From Tubiluchus corallicola (taxonomy: Eukaryota > Animalia > Priapulida), in the NCBI GenBank assembly GCA_030141605.1, contig JAQGDQ010000908.1, positions 1-64,000 on the forward strand: a stretch of 64,000 bases of DNA. The letters are read 5' to 3'. The notes beneath the pieces were generated by a model that saw only the letters and a program-made list of their open reading frames with translations, did no database searches and was not told where the DNA came from. The translations under genes were made by a program, and so were the position numbers. Numbering within the stretch: position 1 is the stretch's first letter; each line of letters begins with the position of its first letter. Shown in pieces: positions 52,436 through 61,496 of the stretch.

Positions 52436-54689
52436 ATTGCAAAGGTCTTGGTGTGTAATAAATGCTGTTTTTTCTTTATCTTCTGGTGCCAATTCCACGT
52501 GGTGGTATGTGGGACATGCAAATGAAAATATGACGGATGGAGAGGACGAGTAATACTGTGATGCTGTTGGTCCGATTTATTCTGAGCCTTTGGATTCTGG
52601 TCAGATCTTTTTCTGTAGTTAGTTAATGTTGCAGGTTTTCTATCTGGCTGCCCAGAAGATGGGTATTGCTTTGCAAAATGGCCATTGTAATGACGGCGTT
52701 CCTCGTGGGTGATAGTAATTAGTAACTTATGCAATACGAGAATGAAGCGCACTTAACTTTGGTAACGTAGCGAGACTAATACTAAGGCTTTTGAAATGCG
52801 GAGTTGTCCTTGTGGTTTATGTGTACCTGTTTCTGAATACAAAGTTTACTAAAAGACTAATTAACATTTCAATGCTTTTATTCTACTAACAGACAATATG
52901 AGTGAATCAAGAGAAAAAGAAAAAAAATACATTACAATAGTTAAGGATGGCCATTTCAAGAATTACAGCACGAGTTCTTGGTACCAAACAGTAACCTAAT
53001 AGTAACTGCAGTTTTCACTGTCCATAAGAGTTTGTGCACAAGATATCACCAATTTGAGTAATCACTATTGAGCTCAAAAGTAAACTGTTACTTATCTCTG
53101 GAGTGAGCGCTCACTACGTCAGTCCATTGGCAATCACTGGGGTACTCCATGGAAGGGATACCATCTCCAAAACATCGCATACCACGCTCGACAGTACTAG
53201 GTGCCGGTCCTCCACACCCTGACAACAAGGGCTGGGTTGCTTATACTGTGTAGAAGGCTCAAAGTTGGTCTTTACTCCACTCAATTGCATTACAACACAT
53301 TGTCCATTAGGATAGTATTACACCATTTACAACTGTCCAGGCTTTTTCACAATAAAACACCAGTTCAGCCATTTTCAACAGATAAATTTTAAGTTTGTCC
53401 TCAAAGGTATAAACCCAACATTTTAACAGCTCTCATTTTCCAGACCATTCTACCCACTTCTCAATATCAAAAGCACATTTTCCTGTTACTGGAACAGTTC
53501 ACTACATTCTAGGTAGTTTTATACTTTAGACAGGTAACTGTAACACTATATAGGCTGAATGAGAAAGCAAAACACCCCTGTAATAAAATAAACAAGGCCG
53601 AAGCCAACACACTTTCAAAATGACCTGCATAACACTGACATGTAGGTTACATGTGGGGCAGATATAGTTCATGGGAGCCTGGTACATTATTACAACAACA
53701 GCCATAAAAAATAAAGTAAACAATGCAGGTAGCTTCCTTATACAAAATCAAACTAAGTTAGGCCTCTTCAATCGAACAAAACATTTATCATTGAACAAAT
53801 TGCATAATATAATGTACATAGGTGGTTGCTTGTAATGTGCAAGAACACACTTTAGCCAAGGGGTGGACCTAGTCTGGTCCATCACAGCCATGACCTCTAC
53901 AATTACAGCTCACGAAATTGCCAGTTCTCGAAAAATTTGATCCTTAATCAAACACAGGTTTTTTCTACTCTTTTTTGAAAGTGGTATTACCAGTCTTTTT
54001 TATGACTTAAATTTTTATGACTTTATTTACTCGCTCCTCCCTGATTTTGTTATGGAAATTCATATAATTTCATTAAGGGACTCATCCAGCTTGTAGCTTG
54101 AATTTAATGAGTTGGAAAAGTGAAACCGACAAACTGAGATGTCGCAAGTTAAGTTCAAGAGTTTAGATTTAATAAGCAGAATTGTCGCAATGTAGTGAAA
54201 CTGACAGGTTCAGAATTCAAAGAGGCGCTGTTTACTAGCAGCGTGCACGCCAATTAGAAAACAAGAGAATAAGGTCAGTAGTAACCGTTTGTCACGTGCC
54301 GAGGAAGAAATCAAAAGCGGCAAATCCAGTAGCAGCAATTATTGATCATAAAGTTAGAAATCGAAAGTATTATCCGCTGTCCAGGAGGTAAGATGGCCCG
54401 AGATGGTGCAATACTCAATATTTGCTTTATAAGCTTGAAGAAAGTTCAAGCCACACACACAACGAGGGAGAGTCACACACACAACGAAGGAGAGTCACAG
54501 AGATGACGTGGAGGAGAGACTGACAGTGGTTGCCGATACATTGTTGTTGTGTCTGAGGCATATTCTGCAAGACGTCAGAAATATCGTTAGTCCAGTGTTG
54601 GGAATAAATTTATAAATCGATAATTTGGTAATAAATCTCATGCCTCCCTGATTTTATAAAATAAATTTATTGATCGATATAAGAACTCA

Positions 54690-56111
54690 TCTGCCCAGGA
54701 AGAGCCGTAGTAGGCTTGAGGAGGCCGCAGGAAAACTATTAGGCTCCCAACGGGTCGTCTCCCCCGTCAGGAGCCAACCTTTTGTAACGGAGATAAGCAG
54801 CGTTGTAAATAATAAAATTGTGAATAAAGATAGTGTATGCAATAATTGTAGTAATATGACTAGCAATAAAAAGGGCAGTGATGCGCATAGAGGGTGCCAA
54901 TGTAATTTAAGGGTGTCAAGTGTGAATAGGGATAATTGGGACGCAGTGTGTGCGTTCCGAACTCACAGCTCAACAGGCTGGCAGGAACCATTGGTTACCC
55001 AGCCGACCTGTTTGGTTGAATTAAATGGTAGGCCTACACTTATGCTGATCGACACGGGTGCAGCGACCTCATGTGTGTCGTTAGCATTATATAAATGTCT
55101 AGGAATGGGACCTTGTAAAGCAAGTAGCGTGACTTTGAAGGATGCCTCAGGCACAGTCATGCCGGTAATTGGGTCAAGAGATATTGAAATTTTAGTGACA
55201 GCAAAGTTAGAATTAAGTATCAAATCGTCCGAGTGCAGCAGAATGCCATTTTAGGCATTGATGCACTTCAAGCAATGAATGCCTCGTTAGATTGTGGTAG
55301 GAAATTGATGATTATTGGTAAAAAGGCCTACCTTCTTGCTTTAGATCGAGTGAGTGAGAAAGAACTCGATGTTCTTCTCGCCGATGAGAACACTCTAATC
55401 CCCTGTAACAGTGAGGTAGTGATGCGTACTCGGATTAAGAGGGATAGGCCAAATGGACAACTCCTGTGTGTGGAGATGGCCGAACATGCGCACGTGTTTA
55501 AGAATCGCCCGGACGTTGGGTTCGAGGCCGGTTTAGTGGATGTAGAAGAAGGGCATAGGAGCTCAGTACTCATACGAAATAATTCATGTAGGCCCATAAG
55601 AATTAGGAAGAATTGCGTGATTGGCACCGCGCAAGAAACTATCGTATTGAACGTACATGCAATAGCGCTAGCAAATAAGTGGAACAATAAAAGCGGCTCG
55701 AGAAAAAATTATGGCGTAACTAGTCAACGAAGGTTTCGAGATGATAACCTTCACTGCATGCCCGCACGGAACAAGGGGATTCTGCAGGTTCCCCAGGTCC
55801 CTAATGACCGACGATTAGTGGTGAATGCGATGACTCGCGGCAAGATGCATAATGATAGAGTGCGCAGTAGGGCAGCAGGTAATTATCCACAAGAATGTGG
55901 ACTTAAAGTTCAGTACGATGATAGGGGCGGAATGTTTATGGAACTCCGGGATATAGAAGGCCCCTCGCCAAGCGTTTCAGGCCGTTTCAGAGCTGAACGT
56001 GTATCAGAACCCGAAATCTCACAAGAAGGAGAAGATCTTAGTAGGAGGGGCCAGGAGGGGTCAACTCCTGTGCTTACCTCTTTGCCAGGGGCAACGTTAA
56101 GTCAAGGGCAA
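54690..56111 (+). mobile_element. Gypsy fragment (gag end, aspartic protease, post-protease region), same family as 9450-11570, interrupted by the BEL element
   Basis: LIDTGAATSC, ILGIDAL; shares TLKDASGT.MPVIG and MQQNAILGIDAL.AMNASLDC with the 9.5 kb copy; one frameshift near 55200. Confidence 0.88.
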
Positions 56112-56533
56112 TGTTAAGCACATACACGTTTCCCTACCTATTAAATTTGGTCTTGCCCCTTTAACTGTCATCAGTCATGTGACCAGGTAGTTGGCCAGGT
56201 AGACATTACCTGACATGCAATTCAATTGATATGATGTGAATGTTGTTGTTGATTTCTTATTGTTTTTTCTTGCAAGTTATAAGTGCCAAAACTCAGGGAG
56301 ACCACATGTAAGTGTCTAATTATGTTTATTGAACAACTTTATGCTATTAGAACAATTTAGCTGTCATTTTTTTGTACAATTATAGACGATAATCACGTTA
56401 GCTAATTTCGTAATGTACCTTTATCAAACTTATGTTTTTCATTAAAAACTTATTGCTGTAATTTATTATTACAGATAAAACGACAATTGCTGCATGTTAA
56501 ACATTTGATGTTCTGGAGTTTAAATGTAGTACA
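56112..56533 (+). mobile_element. Candidate 5' LTR of the BEL/Pao element
   Basis: Begins TGT where the Gypsy ORF is cut, ends ACA, AT-rich, internal gtaagt...tacag; partner LTR not in window. Confidence 0.55.
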
Positions 56534-56780
56534 GTTTTATATGCCTCGCCGGGAGTTTCATGTTGCCATTAAGCAGTGACCTTGGTTCAGGCGCAGGAAG
56601 TTTGACATGCTTACCTGATAGCTTTGCTCATTATGGGTTTCTACAGCGTAGCTGGTTTCTACAGGTAAAGCTGCATGAACTCTGTGAACTTGGACGCGTC
56701 AGCTAATGGGCAATAGATGGCGCTTCGGTATTGAAAGGTGATCCTAAAATTTTTAAAGAGCAATTTAATTTCAATTGAAA

Positions 56781-59700
56781 ATGGCATCAGCGTTATTCAC
56801 TAAAAGCGAACTGGAAAATAAAGTAGTTGAAGAGCTGAGGCAAATTCTTCGTAGCATGTCTTTGGCGGTTTCTGGCAACAAGGCAAATTTAGTACAACGA
56901 ATTTTGAAGCAACAGGAAACCGGTCCTTGTATACCAGGCTCTCCAGATGAATCAGCCGATTTATCGCCACCCTCAATAGTAACTGACCAATCCATGCAAG
57001 AGAATCGTAGGAGCGAAAAGTCCACCAAATCCTCGAGTGTGACGTCATCGAAGAAGAGTGCCAAGCTAAGAAACCAAGAGCTTATGATTAAAGAACAAGA
57101 ACTCAAACTCCAAGCGATGAGAATACGACATGAACGCATGCAGAATGAGTGTAGTTCTGAAGATGAACGTGATGAAGACAGCTTTGGTTCTGCAGCTGAT
57201 GTTGAGACCAGGTTAGTGGACCATGGAACATCAGACTCAAAGGTCAAAGCATGGCTAAGGTCAAGGTCAACATACACGGATCCGACAATTAAACATACAC
57301 AACCTACATGCGAAAGCGATGAGAATTACTTGTCTGAAGCCTTTGTTACTCTAGCAACTACTGATAAGTATGCTTTGGGAGCACTTGTTCTTGCTTCTAG
57401 TTTGCATCGCACAAGAACAATGAGATGCTTAGTCATCATGGTAACAGAGGGTATTTCTTGTGATATTATGACACTTTTGAGAAATGCATTTGATTTGGTT
57501 GAACATGTCAGTATTATTGATAGTCATGAGTTTAAAAGGTTACAATTGTTAGGAAGACCAGAACTTAATGTGAGTTTCACTAAGCTACATTGTTGGAGGT
57601 TGACACAATTTAGCAAATGTGTTTTTGTAGATTCTGATACAATTGTATTAGATAATGTTGATGACATGTTTAGATTTAAAGAGCTGTCAGCTGCCCCTGA
57701 TGTAGGCTGGCCAGATTGCTTTAACTCTGGGGTGTTTGTTTACAAACCAAGTATTGATATGTATAATAAGTTAATGTTGTATGCTAAATCAGAATCCTGT
57801 ACTTTTGATGGTGGGGACCAAGGATTATTGAATCAGTTTTTTAAAGACTGGTCAACTAGTTATGAAAAACATTTGCCATTCACTTATAATGCTGTCATTC
57901 AGGGTCGGTACGGATATTTACCAGCTTTAATGCAATTTGGGAAAAATGTAAAAATTGCTCATTTTTTAGGTCAACATAAACTATGGCACTATATTGAACA
58001 CGATTCGCATACAGCTCACGTGGCGCCACCTGTTGGCAAAAAAGGTTATGAATTCGACATAATGAACAAGTGGATACAGATCTTTGATACTGACGTTAGG
58101 CCACTGCTGGAAAACAAAAATATTCGTTTGCCTATGCAGCATCCAAGTTCTGGAAATCAGTGTCTGAATGCATCAGCGTCTGCCTTTATTCCACTAGCGC
58201 ATGGCAGTAATATACTGCGCGAGAATAGGCATGGTTTTAATTCTACTCAACCTACCATTTGTACTGCTAACTTAAGCGACATGCCTAATCAATGCCACCC
58301 ACAGAGCAATGACATGACTATGATAATGAACATCATGCTTGAAGCACAGCGTCAACATACCAACATGTACAAAGCAATGCAACTTCCAATAGCGGAGTTG
58401 GACAAATTTGATGGTAGCGTTCTAAACTTTTGGCAATTCATGAGACGTTTTGAAGCCAACGTCGAGAGCTACACACAAGATGAGGCTGCGAGGTTTCAGA
58501 GATTAATGCAATTTTGCACTGGAAAAGCCAAAAAAGTTGTAGAAAGTTGTAGCTACATGGACCCCAGTCGAGCATACAAGCATGCAAAGCAGTTACTCAT
58601 CGACAGGTTCGGCTCCTCGTTTATGGTTACTCAGGCTTGGATGTCAAAAATAATCGAGTTTGACCAAATCAAGGCCAATGACAACGAGAAGCTGCGAGAA
58701 TTTGCTGACTTACTTTTAAGCTGTGTCGAGACGTTGAAAGCAATGAATAATCTCAGCGAAATTAATACACAGACAAGTCTCGTTCAGATTGTTAAAAAAC
58801 TGCCATACAAATTCCATGATAAATGGAAAGACGTGGTGTCCAGGATAGCAAAACATGAAATCAGAAACCCATGTATTTATGATTTGCTAACATTCATTCA
58901 GGAAAATGCTGAAAAAATGAACCACCCTGTATATGGTAGCCTCGGCGATTGGGAAAAACCTAAACGAAGCATCTTTGCCAAAAATTATGCCACCTCTGCT
59001 AAAACACCTCAAGTTCAAACAAACAATGGCAAGGCGAAAACAAATCAAGAAAAGCCGCAAACCAAAAGCGCCCAATTTTGCAAAAAAGTTTGCATATTTT
59101 GCAACTCAAATGAGCATTCTTCTCTTGGACAGTGTGAAGCTTTTGCAGCTATGGACCCCCCAGCTAAGTTGATGTTCGTGCGTAAGGAACGCCTCTGCTT
59201 TAATTGTTTGGCGAAAGGAAAACATAGAGCAGCTAGATGTTTCAAACCGTCTTGTAGTGTTAATGAATGCAACAAGAAGCATTCAGCTTTATTGCACGAT
59301 GCAGTGGGGAGGCTGAGCAGTTCTTCTTCAGATGTTAATAGGCTTGCCAGGGATGAGCAGCAAAGAAAAGACGAGACTGAAGCTACAAGCTGTGCAAATA
59401 GGGACAGTTCTAAAGGAAAGAAGATAGCATTGCCTATGGTCAAAGTTCAAGTACATGTACATGGAAGAGACCCTGTTGAAGCCATGGCTCTGTTAGACCC
59501 TGGATCTACAAACACGTTTTGTTCCAGGAAGCTGTTTGACAGCATAGGTGCTGAAGGAAAAGAGGATGTTCTTACCCTAACCACAATCGAGAAACGCCAA
59601 AGTAAAGCAGACACTTTAGTTACAAGTTTCGTTGTTACGGACAGCATTGGTGAAAACAGAATCATGTTGCCTCATGTTTTTGTTCGACAATCACTGATGC

Positions 59701-60077
59701 TAGATACAGAATGCTTTGCATCAGTCGCAGATGTTCAAAAATGGCCGCACTTGAAAGAGATAGCGTCATCTTTAGTTGAGTATCACGGACACGATGAAGA
59801 CCTAAGCTTACTAATCGGTCTTGACGTACCTGATGCCTTGGCGCCTCTGCAAGTTAGACGTGGTGTTGTAAACGCTCCTTATGCTGTTAAGACGAAGTTA
59901 GGATGGACGTTGAATGGGCCTATAGCGGGCAGCAAAGTACACAACGTGTCAGTAAATAATTATGTTCTGGTCAAAGAGTCTTCTGAAGCCAAAACAGATG
60001 TCTTGCAGCAGCAAGTCGAGAGATTTTGGAAAATAGATTCTGTTTGGATGATGAGCAGTATTCTAGAGAAGAGATGA
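56781..60077 (+). CDS. BEL/Pao Gag-protease polyprotein with embedded glycogenin domain
   Basis: ATG at 56781; SAP motif; GT8 domain; DUF1759-like Gag core (LDKFDGSVLNFWQF); triple Cys/His knuckles (CIFC..H..C, CFNCL..H..C, C..C.KKHSALLH); protease LLDPGS; AVKTKLGW. Confidence 0.93.
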   Translation: MASALFTKSELENKVVEELRQILRSMSLAVSGNKANLVQRILKQQETGPCIPGSPDESADLSPPSIVTDQSMQENRRSEKSTKSSSVTSSKKSAKLRNQELMIKEQELKLQAMRIRHERMQNECSSEDERDEDSFGSAADVETRLVDHGTSDSKVKAWLRSRSTYTDPTIKHTQPTCESDENYLSEAFVTLATTDKYALGALVLASSLHRTRTMRCLVIMVTEGISCDIMTLLRNAFDLVEHVSIIDSHEFKRLQLLGRPELNVSFTKLHCWRLTQFSKCVFVDSDTIVLDNVDDMFRFKELSAAPDVGWPDCFNSGVFVYKPSIDMYNKLMLYAKSESCTFDGGDQGLLNQFFKDWSTSYEKHLPFTYNAVIQGRYGYLPALMQFGKNVKIAHFLGQHKLWHYIEHDSHTAHVAPPVGKKGYEFDIMNKWIQIFDTDVRPLLENKNIRLPMQHPSSGNQCLNASASAFIPLAHGSNILRENRHGFNSTQPTICTANLSDMPNQCHPQSNDMTMIMNIMLEAQRQHTNMYKAMQLPIAELDKFDGSVLNFWQFMRRFEANVESYTQDEAARFQRLMQFCTGKAKKVVESCSYMDPSRAYKHAKQLLIDRFGSSFMVTQAWMSKIIEFDQIKANDNEKLREFADLLLSCVETLKAMNNLSEINTQTSLVQIVKKLPYKFHDKWKDVVSRIAKHEIRNPCIYDLLTFIQENAEKMNHPVYGSLGDWEKPKRSIFAKNYATSAKTPQVQTNNGKAKTNQEKPQTKSAQFCKKVCIFCNSNEHSSLGQCEAFAAMDPPAKLMFVRKERLCFNCLAKGKHRAARCFKPSCSVNECNKKHSALLHDAVGRLSSSSSDVNRLARDEQQRKDETEATSCANRDSSKGKKIALPMVKVQVHVHGRDPVEAMALLDPGSTNTFCSRKLFDSIGAEGKEDVLTLTTIEKRQSKADTLVTSFVVTDSIGENRIMLPHVFVRQSLMLDTECFASVADVQKWPHLKEIASSLVEYHGHDEDLSLLIGLDVPDALAPLQVRRGVVNAPYAVKTKLGWTLNGPIAGSKVHNVSVNNYVLVKESSEAKTDVLQQQVERFWKIDSVWMMSSILEKR
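57330..58110 (+). other. GYG1: Glycogenin catalytic domain (GT8) inside Gag
   Basis: EAFVTLAT, RPELNVSFTKLHCWRLTQFSKCVFVDSD, ELSAAPDVGWPDCFNSGVFV, FDGGDQGLLN, HLPFTYN, YGYLPA, HFLG; colinear with animal glycogenin. The symbol denotes homology only. Confidence 0.95.
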
Positions 60078-61496
60078 TGGTCATCGATATTTGGGAAAGC
60101 TCAATAACCAGAAGAGACGGCCACTATGAGTTAGAAATACCATTTAAAGGCAAACATAATGTTATTCCTGATAGCTTTCAGATGGCAGCAAAACGGCTCA
60201 ATGGACTCAGAAGAAAATTCACCAAGAATCCCATTCTTCATCAAAAGTACACTGACGGAATCAACGATTTGCTAAACAAGGGTCATGCAGAGCTAGTGGA
60301 AGAACAATCAGCAAGTACTCCTACACATCTGACTTGGTATCTTCCTCACTTCCCAGTCTTTAACGAAAATAAACCAGATAAAACCCGTATTGTTTTTGAT
60401 TGCGGTGCAGAGTGCGAAGGTATTTCACTGAACAAATTGGCTTTGCAAGGTCCTGACCTTACGAATAATTTGGTTGGTGTCCTCTTGCGATTTAGGCAGT
60501 ATCCAGTTGCCGTGCTAGCAGATATACGTGAGATGTATCACCAAGTGTTTGTTTCGCCCAAGCATAGAGATATGCTGAGGTTCATTTGGTGGCCTGAGGG
60601 ACGAATTGACCAGCCTCTTCAGATACTTAGAATGACCGTGCATCTTTTTGGAGGGGTTTGGTCCCCCAGTGCGGCTTCATTTGCCTTGAAACGCACTGCA
60701 TTGGACTACCAAAACAGCTTTGATAAAGAAACGGTAGCAACAGTGCTTTACAATTTTATGTGGATGACTGCCTAAAGTCAGTCGAGAATGTGGACCAAGC
60801 ATTGAAGCTAATTACTCAGCTAAAGCTGCTTTTACAGAAGGGTGGATTTTGTTTGACGAAATGGATGTCAAACGATAAACGTGTTCTCGACACTATCCCA
60901 ATTGAAGATAGGGGAAAAGGTGTTAAAGATCTAAACTTGTCAAATGACACACTGCCAAATGAGCGTGCCTTGGGAATAAGTTGGCAGATGGAGGCTGATA
61001 TGCTAGGCGTCCATGTAAAACAAAAGGAGCATCCCAATACAAAGCATGGATTGCTTAGTTCTCTTTCCAGTGTCTATGATCCCCTTGGAATGTGTGGTCC
61101 ATTTGTTCTACAAGGAAAGAAACTGTTTCAAGAAGAATGTCGTTTACCAGACAAAATGTGGGATAGCAAGTTGGACGGCGCCATAGAGAAGAAATGGAAA
61201 CAATGGAAAGACGAAAGCACACTGTTAACAGATTTCAAGATTGAGAGATCATTCATGCCTCGTGAGTTTGGTAAGGTGATATCCACAGAGCTTCATTATT
61301 TTTGTGACGCTTCTGAAAGTGCTTATGGTGTGGTAGTGTTCATTCGTCAGCAGAATGAGCTCAACGTTATCCACACTGCCTTTGTCATTGCGAAATCAAG
61401 GCTAACTCCGATGAAAGGACTGACTATTCCTCGCCTGGAGTTATGTGCAGCAGCTCTTGCAGCTAAACTTGAAAAGGTGCTATGGAAAGAGCTAAT
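60040..61496 (+). mobile_element. BEL/Pao pol (RT and Pao RNase H), two frameshifts, cut off before integrase
   Basis: WYLPHFPV, RIVFD, GPDL, LLRFR, ADIREMYHQV, LRFIW, HLFG, YVDD, FCDASESAYG, AKSRLTP, TIPRLEL. Confidence 0.93.

Noticed and set aside
52968-53886. PBS-like TGGTACCAAGAACTCG and possible LTR on the minus strand
   Set aside because: Does not fit a tRNA 3' end well and has no CA terminus next to it
56771-57277. 168 aa antisense ORF and other antisense ORFs over gag-pol
   Set aside because: Shadows of the sense coding frame with no motifs
57330-58110. Ordinary host glycogenin gene overlapped by a transposon
   Set aside because: No own ATG, stop, introns or C-terminal tail; continuous frame with Gag on both sides
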